Source: Roseobacter sp.
GTDB taxonomy: Bacteria; Pseudomonadota; Alphaproteobacteria; Rhodobacterales; Rhodobacteraceae
Assembly: GCF_045106495.1 (NCBI RefSeq)
Contig: NZ_JBGCEQ010000031.1
Span: 54,727 to 118,726 of the forward strand
Reading direction: 5' to 3'
Length of the DNA: 64,000 nucleotides
In this document: positions 20,357-29,179 of the stretch, in pieces
Position numbering within the stretch: position 1 is the first letter of the stretch
How the letters are laid out: every line of letters begins with the position of its first letter
Made by a program: the position numbers and the translations under genes
Notes under the pieces: model-generated
Seen by the model: only the letters and a program-made list of their open reading frames with translations
What the model was told of the DNA's origin: nothing
The model's database searches: none

Positions 20357-20995
20357 TTAATCAACGGGTGGGTTGAGCCATCGCGAAGGTTCAAAAGGCC
20401 TGTCCAGCGCACGTTCTACCAATTCAAGATGATCCTGGCCGTAAAACGGGTCACCATCGACAATATAGGTTGGTGAGCCAAAGATATTTTGGGTCCGCGC
20501 CCAATCGCAGTTATCCCGCAGCTGGCGCTGTATCTGTTCGGATGCCGCGTGCGCCAAAAGCTCTTTCGAATCATGCCCCAAGCCTGCGGCTACCGCTGCG
20601 AGCGTGTCGCGATCAGACAGGTCCGCATCGTCGCGCCAATGCGCTTGCAATAAGCCATGTGCCATTTGATCGGTTGCCTCGCCCCTGTTGCCAAGCGCTA
20701 GGATCAAACCAGAGGCGAGGCTGTAATCGGTGTCGTGATGGGTCGGTCGGTGCGATAGAATTTCTACCCCGCGGTATGCCGCCCAACGCTCGATTTCGCG
20801 GCCAAAGAAGTAGTCTACATGCGCCTGTGTGCGAGCGCGGAAGGGTTGGCTGCCTTGTGCTTCGACGACAGGCGATAGGATGATTGGCCGATGGATCAAA
20901 GTGACTGCGTTGGTCGCGCAGAGTCTTTGGAGTTGTGTCGAGCCTAAGTAGGCAAAGGCCGAATGGGCCGAGTAGACATATTCGATCACTGGCAT
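20357..20995 (-). CDS. DsbA-fold / kappa-GST (2-hydroxychromene-2-carboxylate isomerase-like) protein
   Basis: 212 aa from ATG 20995. The N-terminal …IEYVYSAHSAFAYLG… Ser-type active-site region and the C-terminal …FGSPTYIVDGDPFYGQD… are typical of the family. Confidence 0.75.
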   Translation of the reverse strand: MPVIEYVYSAHSAFAYLGSTQLQRLCATNAVTLIHRPIILSPVVEAQGSQPFRARTQAHVDYFFGREIERWAAYRGVEILSHRPTHHDTDYSLASGLILALGNRGEATDQMAHGLLQAHWRDDADLSDRDTLAAVAAGLGHDSKELLAHAASEQIQRQLRDNCDWARTQNIFGSPTYIVDGDPFYGQDHLELVERALDRPFEPSRWLNPPVD

Positions 20996-21083
20996 GGCAT
21001 TTTTCCTGCGGGCAATGGTGAATAACGGTTTCACGCACGTTGCAAGTTGAGCTCAATGGTTGGGGGCTTGTTCTGATGCTTTG

Positions 21084-21602
21084 CTAAGCCATTTCGATGC
21101 TCAGCGGTACAACGCGGCCGAGCGTATGGCCGACGGGTGATGTCGCAATTACCTTTTTGTGAAGGGCCTGCAAGGCCTCATCCGATCCATCGCTATCCAT
21201 GGACACTTGCACACTGATGTCGCTGAAGCCGGCATTGCCGTCTTTCAGTCCCAGAAACGTATGTAGGTCGAGATTTCCTTCGACTTCAATTTTCATATCC
21301 TGGATCGTGATGCCTGCTGCCGTGGCGTTTGCCGCATATCCTACCGCAAGGCAATTGCCCAAAGCGCTCAAGAGTTGCTCGACTGGATTTGGCCCGGTAT
21401 CCGTGCCGCCCAATTGAGCAGGTTCGTCAGATTTCGACGGTGCGAAATCGCGCACCTGAGCCTCTGACCGAAAGCCGCCATTCCAACGAACATCAGCCCG
21501 CCAGGTGGTCTTTGCGACCTGGGGTTCCGATGCAATCTTTTCGGCAAGGCTCGCCACCTTACCTATCTCAACGTTGTTCATCTGCGTGGTCACTGTTGTC
21601 AT
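21084..21602 (-). CDS. OsmC/Ohr family protein (single-Cys variant)
   Basis: …DEPAQLGGTDTGPNPVEQLLSALGNCLAVG… is the OsmC core. The usual second Cys (CPV) reads SPV here. Confidence 0.8.
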   Translation of the reverse strand: MTTVTTQMNNVEIGKVASLAEKIASEPQVAKTTWRADVRWNGGFRSEAQVRDFAPSKSDEPAQLGGTDTGPNPVEQLLSALGNCLAVGYAANATAAGITIQDMKIEVEGNLDLHTFLGLKDGNAGFSDISVQVSMDSDGSDEALQALHKKVIATSPVGHTLGRVVPLSIEMA

Positions 21603-21661
21603 TTACTGTTCCTCCCTATTTTACCGTCAAGACAGCTACCCATGCATCGAGCTGGGACTGT

Positions 21662-22126
21662 TTAGATTTTCAGATCGAGCCTTGGCTTCCAGAACGGTCG
21701 GAAAAGTTCGATCTTTGGGCAGCGGTTCATGACCACTTTTAGCCCAGCCTCCTCTGCCAAAGCGGCGGCGCGTTCATCATAGACGCCGATCTGCCCCCAC
21801 AGAACCTTTGCGCCTATGGCTATGGCCTGCTCCGCAATGCCATAGAGTTCTTCTTTGCGGCGAAAGACTTCAACCATGTCCACAGGTCGATCAATTTCGC
21901 TCAGCGACCGGTATACTTTCAAGCCCCGGATGTCTGTCAACGCAGGGTTCGGGTTGACGGGGATCATGTCATATCCGGTTTCATGCAATACCCGCAGAAC
22001 CCCGTAACTGAATTTCGTTTTATCGGCGCTGGCACCCACCATTGCGATGGATTTCACCGACTTCAGAATATCTGCCAGATACGCGGGATCGTAGTCGAAA
22101 ATGTGATCAATGTCTGCTTCGGGCAT
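21662..22126 (-). CDS. CoA-binding domain protein (YccU/YneT-like)
   Basis: 154 aa with a Rossmann-like …IAMVGASADKTKFSYGV… and …IPVNPN…. The start lies 2 nt after the ferredoxin stop. Confidence 0.8.
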   Translation of the reverse strand: MPEADIDHIFDYDPAYLADILKSVKSIAMVGASADKTKFSYGVLRVLHETGYDMIPVNPNPALTDIRGLKVYRSLSEIDRPVDMVEVFRRKEELYGIAEQAIAIGAKVLWGQIGVYDERAAALAEEAGLKVVMNRCPKIELFRPFWKPRLDLKI

Positions 22127-22128
22127 TG

Positions 22129-22497
22129 TCAGGTCTCTTTCGGAACGGCAATATTCGCCTTCAGTTCGTGGGGTTTCAGTGGGTCAAGAAACGGGTTGCG
22201 ATAGAGCTTGTCGTGGCTTTCGACGCCAATTTCGAGCGTACAATCGGTGAGCGGACGTGCGACGCAGAGAATGACATAGCCGTTGTTGATTTGACGATTG
22301 TTGAGTGCGACCTGTCTGCGTTGATCGACTTGGCCAGCCGTCAGTTTGGCGGCACAGGTTATGCATCCACCGTACTTGCAACCGTAGGGTAAATCGACCC
22401 CTTGCGCGCGCAAACTTTCCAGTAAGGGGCGCCGCGCGTCGACCTGAAACTTGGCGTTTTCGCGGTTGGTGAGCGTTATGGTTCGGTGTTCTGTCAC
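22129..22497 (-). CDS. plant-type [2Fe-2S] ferredoxin
   Basis: Ligand pattern …YGCKYGGCITCAAKL… plus …ILCVARP… (C-x4-C-x2-C…C). The start overlaps the SBP56 stop by 4 nt. Confidence 0.85.
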   Translation of the reverse strand: MTEHRTITLTNRENAKFQVDARRPLLESLRAQGVDLPYGCKYGGCITCAAKLTAGQVDQRRQVALNNRQINNGYVILCVARPLTDCTLEIGVESHDKLYRNPFLDPLKPHELKANIAVPKET

Positions 22498-23849
22498 AAC
22501 CAGATGTCACTTGTGCAATCGCCGCCCGGGTAGCGTGTCTCGTGACAGCGGCTTGGGCCATTGGGCTCTTTGCCAAAGTCGACCATGAAGTCCTTGTTGA
22601 GGCTCATGCCGCCGTTCTCCACATCGCAATCGATCATCATCATAACGCCGCCCTTCTCGCAGATCTCTGGATAGAACTGATTGTCCCATGTGGAAAAAAG
22701 CGAGGTTGTGACATAGAGGCGTTTGCCGTCGAGGCTCAGCTGGAACATCTGCGGGCCGCCGGCGACCTCGACGCCATTCACAACCGGGGCCTTGCCAAGC
22801 AGGCCACCCATGTAGACCTGACCGGTAAGAACCGGCTTGTGCGGGTCTGTGATGTCATATTGGCGCATATCACCATGTAGCCAGTTGTTGAGGTAGAGGT
22901 ATTTGTCATCCATTGAGACCAGGATCGCCGACATCACGCCAGGGATTGGGATGGGCCATTCCGGGTGCGGTTCGTTGTCCACATCGATGATCTTTTCCCA
23001 TTCCCATTTGCCTGCCTCGGATTTCCAGAAATGGATCACGTTTGCGCTGAGTGCAGCGCCACAAAAACCATGTGTGCTGTCGGGGTTGTGATGGAATTTC
23101 ACCTCCAGCGGGATAAGGCCGTCTTCGCCAAGATACAGGCTTTCCACCGGTTCGCGTTTCTCAAAATCCCAGATGTGCAACCTGCGACCGTATTTTAGGT
23201 GCCCCACTTCTTCGAGATCGAAGCCGGGCATGAAGGTGTTGGGCGCCGCCCATTCGGAAGAGACCATTACATTGTGCCGGGGCTGGTACCAAAAATCATA
23301 ACCAAAAGGGATGTCGCCCATAGAGTTTTCCCAGCGACCAATGATCTCGAAATCCTTGTTCATGTGGAGATAGCCGCCCGGCGCCTCGCCCATCGCATCG
23401 CCAAGGAAGGAAATAATGATTTCGCAGCCTAGGCAATGTACCGTGTGTGGGCCTGACAGATTGGCCTTGGCCTTGATCTCGGCGCCATCAATTACTTTGT
23501 ACAGGCGCGGTGCACGCGGGTTGCTGGCTGTGTCGATTACGTGGATGTTGTTTGAACGGACGCCTGGGACCAGTAAGTACTTGCGCGACATGGAACCGTC
23601 GTTGTGACATGACGAACAGGCGTTCCAGCCCATATGGTGCAGTTCGTCGCCAATGCCGGGCATTTCCAGGCGGTGGATTACCTGACTGTAGGTGCCGCTG
23701 TCCGGGTCTGCATCCACCGTGGCCAAATAGTCAGGCTTTTGAATGCCGGTGCCGGTGTAAATCGCAATCGAATAGAGCAATCTCTCTCGTGGCGCTTTGA
23801 TTGCTTCTGCGGGGCTTGCGTAGCCCGGACCGCAGCATGTTTCCGCCAT
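22494..23849 (-). CDS. mtoX: selenium-binding protein family (SBP56) / methanethiol oxidase-like, no signal peptide
   Basis: 451 aa and collinear by eye with human SELENBP1 (MAETCCGPGYASP…, …LHHMGWNACSSC…, …GYDFWYQPRHNVM…, …RYPGGDCTSDIWL). Confidence 0.9.
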   Translation of the reverse strand: MAETCCGPGYASPAEAIKAPRERLLYSIAIYTGTGIQKPDYLATVDADPDSGTYSQVIHRLEMPGIGDELHHMGWNACSSCHNDGSMSRKYLLVPGVRSNNIHVIDTASNPRAPRLYKVIDGAEIKAKANLSGPHTVHCLGCEIIISFLGDAMGEAPGGYLHMNKDFEIIGRWENSMGDIPFGYDFWYQPRHNVMVSSEWAAPNTFMPGFDLEEVGHLKYGRRLHIWDFEKREPVESLYLGEDGLIPLEVKFHHNPDSTHGFCGAALSANVIHFWKSEAGKWEWEKIIDVDNEPHPEWPIPIPGVMSAILVSMDDKYLYLNNWLHGDMRQYDITDPHKPVLTGQVYMGGLLGKAPVVNGVEVAGGPQMFQLSLDGKRLYVTTSLFSTWDNQFYPEICEKGGVMMMIDCDVENGGMSLNKDFMVDFGKEPNGPSRCHETRYPGGDCTSDIWL

Positions 23850-23879
23850 TGAGTCTATCGCCCTCCCGCAGTATGTATT

Positions 23880-23899
23880 TTATTACTTTGCGATAATAA
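23880..23899. promoter_or_regulatory. inverted repeat in the mtoX / iclR divergent spacer (candidate operator)
   Basis: TTATTA-N8-TAATAA inside a 72-bp AT-rich spacer. Confidence 0.3.
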
Positions 23900-23921
23900 T
23901 GTTCTTACGGAAAGAGAAAAA

Positions 23922-24692
23922 GTGTACTTAGAACGCCTTTTGTCAATTGTAGAGGTTGTTGCCGGGTTAGGGGGCTCAGCTGCAATGACGGTGTCGGAGA
24001 TTGCCGAAGCGACCGGTGTACCCAAGCCCAGCCTCTACCGGCAGGTGAACGATCTGGTGGAAGCAGGTTTGCTGGAACCGCGCGAGAATGGGCGCTATGG
24101 GATTGGTATGCGCGCCCGACGTTTATCAGATCAGTTTGTCTCGCCGGACGACGTTAAGCGTCTGGCCTTGCCGTTGCTGAAAAAGGCCGCGCGCGAGATC
24201 GGTGTTGCTTTTTTCCTGGCGCGTCTCCGCGGAGCGTCGGTCGATGTCATCCACGCTGAGGTGCCCGTTACTGGCGTCTCCTATCTTCATCCGGGTATCG
24301 GCGCGCGACCGTTGCATGCCTGTTCATGCGGCAAGGCAATCGCCGCATTTTGCGAAGGCCACGCATTGACCCAAGTACTTTCTGGCCGTTTGCGGGCTTT
24401 TACGGATCATACCAAGACGGACTTAGGGAACATCAGGGATGAATTCCTAACCATACGGGCCCAAGGCTATGCAGAGTGCGTCGAGGAACTGGAACAAGGG
24501 ATTTGCTCCGTCGCGGCACCGATAAAACGTGCGGACCAACCGGTGGAGTACAGCATTGGCGCCACAGGAACGTTACGCGTGTTCACGCCGTCATTCCGAG
24601 CATCGTTGGGTAGTAATCTGGTCGCGGTATGTTCAGAAATGAGCTATCTTTTAGAAGACCAGGACGTTGGCGCAGCGCATCGAGCTGGCTGA
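23922..24692 (+). CDS. IclR family transcriptional regulator
   Basis: N-terminal wHTH (…VSEIAEATGVPKPSLYRQVNDLVEAGLL…) plus an IclR effector domain. GTG start. Confidence 0.85.
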   Translation: MYLERLLSIVEVVAGLGGSAAMTVSEIAEATGVPKPSLYRQVNDLVEAGLLEPRENGRYGIGMRARRLSDQFVSPDDVKRLALPLLKKAAREIGVAFFLARLRGASVDVIHAEVPVTGVSYLHPGIGARPLHACSCGKAIAAFCEGHALTQVLSGRLRAFTDHTKTDLGNIRDEFLTIRAQGYAECVEELEQGICSVAAPIKRADQPVEYSIGATGTLRVFTPSFRASLGSNLVAVCSEMSYLLEDQDVGAAHRAG

Positions 24693-24727
24693 GTGGTAAA
24701 ATTGAACTTCAATACTGGAAACAAACA

Positions 24728-25126
24728 ATGCCTCAAAACATTACAAAAGGCTCAAAGGAGATCGTAAAAGCCGCTCTTGCGGTCGTGCCAGCGATCAACG
24801 TGGAAGACGCAGCCAAACTAGTAGGATCTGAAGATCACGTCTTTGTCGATCTGCGCGACGGAACCGAGCAAGTCAAAACAGGCGTGATTCCAGGCGCTAT
24901 CGCGTCGTCTCGCGGCATGATGGAATTTCACATTGATCCTGAAAGCCCGGCGCACAATCCGGCATTCAACCAGGATAAAACCTATGTTTTCTACTGTGCT
25001 TCTGGTGGTCGTTCAGCGCTTGCCGCTGCCGTAGCAATCGATATGGGTCTGACACCAGTTGTCAATTTATCCGGGGGCGTTGCGGCTTGGTCCAAAGCAG
25101 GCGGTGATCTGGTGCCGCTTGGGTGA
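24728..25126 (+). CDS. single-domain rhodanese (sulfurtransferase)
   Basis: 132 aa from ATG 24728, with the active-site loop YCASGGRS. It is a paralogue of 5689-6090. Confidence 0.85.
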   Translation: MPQNITKGSKEIVKAALAVVPAINVEDAAKLVGSEDHVFVDLRDGTEQVKTGVIPGAIASSRGMMEFHIDPESPAHNPAFNQDKTYVFYCASGGRSALAAAVAIDMGLTPVVNLSGGVAAWSKAGGDLVPLG

Positions 25127-25366
25127 GCAAATCGTCTCAATATTGTTGTTTTGGATGGGGCGTGTGATGCACCATCGACGAGGGTCACTATGACGAAAGT
25201 GGCTTACTGGGCGTAAAAATGCCGCCCGAAAGGCTCGAAGAATTGACGGATCACTCTGTGAAGTATGGATCGTGGAGAGGTCGAAAGCCTTTATAGGCGA
25301 CTGGGATCGTCATTGGGTAGCAGATGCTCACGATGAATCTTACTACCGCGTTCTCCAGGCTGGCCA

Positions 25367-26170
25367 CTAGATCTCGCTTGGGTTGTTTAGGCGGGACAGG
25401 TCCGGAGACCCAAGGCAGGCGAGGCAGTGATGCGCCGACCTTTCTGCCTCCATGCCACGCCAATGGGTCGGGAAAAGATGGCGGGGCAACGGCGGTATGC
25501 GCAGCGCGACGCGCCGCCACGTATGGACAACAAGAACCCGCATGACAACGATGGACAGGGCCCTTGTTAAGGGGCTTTTTTCCAGACGATTTTCAAGCAA
25601 ACCCAATTGATGTGCAACAAGATTGGTCTGTTCGATGAATTCCGGAACAAACAGTTTCTCCAACATCCAAATGGGCAGTTCGTCGCAGGCCTTCAAGCGC
25701 TTTTGGAAATGGTCAGGATCCATTGTAAGTTGAGATGTGATCGTCAAATTCGTAGCGACCGAATAGCCTTCAACGCCATCACCGGCGCGATGCATCGCGA
25801 TCCAGGCTGTTTCCGGCAATTCAATCGATTGATAAATTCGCGGGCTTGCAGCGATTGTTTCGCGCCGCCCTAGTTCGGTCAGCTTGTAGATACTGTTGCG
25901 ACCTTGCCGTTCGTTTTGGAGCCAACCGTCTTTGCGCAAACGATGCAACGCCACGCGAATGGCTTCGGGTTTGACTCCGATTGCCGAAAGAATCTTGTTC
26001 AGGGTTTGTGTAGATACCTGGTCCTCATTACTTTGCGCGAGGTCGCCATATAGCGAAACAAGAAGCGACCAGACACGCGGAGGCTGATCATTGGTAAGCA
26101 ATGAAATCAAATGTTTGAGGTCTGCATCTGCCATAGCAAGTTGTTTAGGGGCCGCCGCAGGAAATGCCAA
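25367..26170 (-). CDS. paaX: phenylacetic acid degradation operon repressor PaaX
   Basis: PaaX-type N-terminal wHTH (…SLLVSLYGD…, …IRVALHRLRKDGWL…). It sits directly after paaZ, and the start overlaps the paaZ stop. Confidence 0.8.
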   Translation of the reverse strand: MAFPAAAPKQLAMADADLKHLISLLTNDQPPRVWSLLVSLYGDLAQSNEDQVSTQTLNKILSAIGVKPEAIRVALHRLRKDGWLQNERQGRNSIYKLTELGRRETIAASPRIYQSIELPETAWIAMHRAGDGVEGYSVATNLTITSQLTMDPDHFQKRLKACDELPIWMLEKLFVPEFIEQTNLVAHQLGLLENRLEKSPLTRALSIVVMRVLVVHTWRRVALRIPPLPRHLFPTHWRGMEAERSAHHCLACLGSPDLSRLNNPSEI

Positions 26171-26172
26171 GA

Positions 26173-28215
26173 TCAGCGGGAATAGGCATTCATTGTCAGC
26201 AGCTCGTATTCCGCAACTGTTTCATCGGCCTGATTGGTCAGCGTCGCATGCCAACGTATCTCGCCATAGTCTTGGTTACGCGGTGTCTTCTTCTTGACTG
26301 TGAGACGCACTTTTATGCTGTCGCCTGCTTCAACGGGCTTCATGAAGCGCAGATTTTCAAGGCCGGTGTTGGCGAGCACCGGGCCTTCATTCGGTTCGAC
26401 GAACATGCCCGCTGCGAAGGAGATCAAGAGGTATCCATGGGCAACACGGCCCGGGAAAAACGGGTTTCGCGCCGCGGCCTGTTGATCCATGTGAGCATAG
26501 AACTTGTCGCCGGTGAAATGGGCAAATGTCTCAATGTCCTCGGTTGTGATCTGACGCGCGGCGGTTCGGATGGTTTCGCCGATGGCAAGCTCATGGAAGG
26601 TGCGGGTGAACGGGTGCGCGGGCCCCTTGATCTCGGTCGCACCGGGCACCCATTTTTGACCGATTGCTGCGATGATGTCAGGGCTGCCCTGAATTGCAGT
26701 CCGCTGCATGTAGTGCATCACACCGCGAATCCCGCCCAATTCCTCGCCACCGCCAGCACGACCAGGGCCTCCATGCACCATATGGGGTAACGGGGAGCCG
26801 TGACCGGTAGCGTCTTTCATACTGTCGCGGTTATTGAAATAAAGCCGTCCGTGGAAAGAGCCCGCGCCGATAGCAATCGCGCGCGCCACAGCAGGGTCAT
26901 GGGTGAAAACAGATGCCACAAGCGAACCTGCGCCGCGGTTCACAGTTCGGATCGCATGATCCAGATCGCGGTAACCCATTACAGTGGAAACCGGACCAAA
27001 GGCTTCAGTTTCATGAATGCGGGTAGCCTCGTCTGGATTTGCGCAGTGGAACAGCATTGGCGGCAGGAAAGCACCTTTCTCCTTGTCGGCGCCGCTCACT
27101 TCGAAGTTGTCCGGGTCACCAAACACGCGCTTGGCTTCTGTCCCAATGATCCGGGCCTTTTCCAGCACATCTCTCTTTTGGGCGTTCGAAACCAGCGCAC
27201 CCATTTGGGTTCCGTCCGCCTGCGGGTCACCGATGACGGTTTTGGACAGTTTGGCCTTCAAGGCCTCAAGCACGGTGTCAACTTGCGCCTGTGGTGCCAG
27301 GATACGGCGAATGGCGGTACATTTTTGGCCTGCTTTTGTCGTTATTTCGCGGACGACTTCCTTGATGAAAATCTCAAATTCAGTCGTGCCAGGTATTGCG
27401 TCCGGTCCCAGAACTGAAGCGTTCAAACTGTCTTGTTCTGCTGTGAAGCGGACCGCGTTCTTCTGGATATGCAAGGCCGAACGCAATTTCAACGCCGTGT
27501 CAGCGGATCCGGTGAAGCTGACCACGTCCTGACAGGTCAGCTGATCCAGCGTGTTGCCGAGACCGCCCGAAACCAGTTGCAAGGTACCTTCGGGAAGATG
27601 GCCACTTTCGATCATTACTCTTACAGCCAGCTCCGTAACGTAGCAGGTCGAGGTCGCGGGTTTGACAATAGCCGGAACGCCAGCAAGCAAGGTAGGGGCC
27701 AGCTTTTCGAGCATGCCCCAAACCGGGAAATTGAACGCATTGATATGGACCGCAGCCCCTTGTAGCGGCGTGCAGATATGCTGACCCAAGAAGTTCCCGC
27801 CCTTTGACAGAACTTCGACATCACCTTCGAGGTACAAATGTGCGTCAGGTAACTCGCGACGACCTTTGGAGGCGAAGACAAACATGGTGCCGATGCCACC
27901 GTCGACGTCGATCATGTGATCGGATTGCGTAGCGCCCGTAGCAAAGCTTAGATTGTAGAGTTGCTGTTTCTGCTCAGTCAGACAAAGCGCCAATGCTTTG
28001 ATCATACGCGCGCGGTCATGGAAGGTCATCGCACGCAGGGCAGGGCCGCCTGTGTTACGGGCGTAGTCAAGCATTGCAGCGGTATCAAGCGCGTCGTTGC
28101 CTGCGCGTGCCATCACCCGTCCGGTGGCGGCATTTTCGATGTCGCGAGCTCCCTTGCCGGGCGCAACCCAGTTTCCGTTTACAAAACTGCGCACGTCCAG
28201 AACGCCCATGAACAT
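26173..28215 (-). CDS. paaZ: bifunctional oxepin-CoA hydrolase / 3-oxo-5,6-dehydrosuberyl-CoA semialdehyde dehydrogenase PaaZ
   Basis: ALDH domain plus a C-terminal MaoC hot-dog (…FAHFTGDKFYAHMD…). It is 680 aa from ATG 28215; the ORF-track start at 28386 adds an implausible leader. Confidence 0.9.
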   Translation of the reverse strand: MFMGVLDVRSFVNGNWVAPGKGARDIENAATGRVMARAGNDALDTAAMLDYARNTGGPALRAMTFHDRARMIKALALCLTEQKQQLYNLSFATGATQSDHMIDVDGGIGTMFVFASKGRRELPDAHLYLEGDVEVLSKGGNFLGQHICTPLQGAAVHINAFNFPVWGMLEKLAPTLLAGVPAIVKPATSTCYVTELAVRVMIESGHLPEGTLQLVSGGLGNTLDQLTCQDVVSFTGSADTALKLRSALHIQKNAVRFTAEQDSLNASVLGPDAIPGTTEFEIFIKEVVREITTKAGQKCTAIRRILAPQAQVDTVLEALKAKLSKTVIGDPQADGTQMGALVSNAQKRDVLEKARIIGTEAKRVFGDPDNFEVSGADKEKGAFLPPMLFHCANPDEATRIHETEAFGPVSTVMGYRDLDHAIRTVNRGAGSLVASVFTHDPAVARAIAIGAGSFHGRLYFNNRDSMKDATGHGSPLPHMVHGGPGRAGGGEELGGIRGVMHYMQRTAIQGSPDIIAAIGQKWVPGATEIKGPAHPFTRTFHELAIGETIRTAARQITTEDIETFAHFTGDKFYAHMDQQAAARNPFFPGRVAHGYLLISFAAGMFVEPNEGPVLANTGLENLRFMKPVEAGDSIKVRLTVKKKTPRNQDYGEIRWHATLTNQADETVAEYELLTMNAYSR

Positions 28216-28252
28216 ATCCTCTCGGGAGATTCGTGTTAACAAGTAATATATT

Positions 28253-28264
28253 GACCGTCCGGTC
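28253..28264. promoter_or_regulatory. palindrome GACCG-TC-CGGTC upstream of paaZ (candidate TetR/PaaR operator)
   Basis: It lies 38 nt upstream of the paaZ start. It has the same half-sites as the palindrome at 36563-36580. Confidence 0.45.
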
Positions 28265-28744
28265 GGTTTATGCAAGCCTTGCCGCATGCCGATGATACCA
28301 ACCTGACCCGTGCAAAAAATGCATGCGCAAGACCGCGAACACTGGACGAAAACTATGCTGCACTTTCGAGGCTGCCTGAGCTGCATAGAAAACAGGATAC
28401 ATCTTGCTCGACGTTCGAATTCGGAAATAGCCCGAGGTTTCTGGATGAGGGTTCACCGTTGACCGGGCGCGAACGGGACCATTGCAATGGTCTGGATTCA
28501 AGCCGTCGCCATCGTTTGAAGCGGCACTACTTGCTCAACCTGAGAAAAACGGTGCGCGCACTTCACGTGCCTTTGATCCAATCGGGAGTTCGTCTGATCG
28601 TCCTCGTCACTAATGCCAGGCGCCCCGGAAATGCACTGAAATGGCGCCGAATTCAAATGAATGGCTTGAAGTGCGAAGCGACGGGCACATGAGCGGGAAA
28701 GCGGACTTTCTGAAAGACTGCACAGGCTTTCAAGGGGTAGCGGG

Positions 28745-29179
28745 ATGACGCCAAAAGAAAGGGCTAAGGCTTCTGCGGTGGCTATGTGGGCGGGTGATGG
28801 CGCATCCAATTGGATGGGCATGTCTATGGTAGAGGTCGACGAGGGCCGTGCAATTCTGCAGCTAACGGTCGAGCAACACCACTGCAACGGGCACGGTATC
28901 TGTCATGGCGGAGTGACTTTTTCTTTGGCCGACAGCGCCTTTGCCTTTGCTTGCAACAGCCGCAATCAGGCGACGGTTGCGCAGCACAATACCATCACTT
29001 ACATCGCGCCCAGCCGCCTTGGCGACACACTGACTGCAACGGCATGCGAAGTATCTCTGATCGGACGCAACGGGGTCTATGATGTCCAAGTCATCAATCA
29101 GGATGGCACGGTAACTGCGGAATTCCGTGGCTTGTCTCGCGCCATCCAAGGCACGCTTTTTGACGAGGTAGACCCATGA
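28745..29179 (+). CDS. paaI: hydroxyphenylacetyl-CoA thioesterase PaaI
   Basis: Hot-dog thioesterase with …NGHGICHGGVTFSLADSAFAFAC…. It overlaps the paaK start. Confidence 0.85.
   Translation: MTPKERAKASAVAMWAGDGASNWMGMSMVEVDEGRAILQLTVEQHHCNGHGICHGGVTFSLADSAFAFACNSRNQATVAQHNTITYIAPSRLGDTLTATACEVSLIGRNGVYDVQVINQDGTVTAEFRGLSRAIQGTLFDEVDP

Noticed and set aside
27961-28386. Longer N-terminal versions of several ORFs: paaZ to 28386, rhodanese from 5515, yqjG to 16572, paaA to 35406, rpiR from 52741, photolyase from 58256 and TauE to 5665.
   Set aside because: The extensions have unprotein-like composition. They lack homology-type motifs, and internal starts reproduce the canonical family N-termini, often with a visible RBS.
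28270-28887. ORFs of 140 aa (+) and 129 aa (-) in the paaZ-paaI spacer.
   Set aside because: They overlap each other on opposite strands. One runs into paaI. The composition is not protein-like, and there is no RBS or recognisable motif.
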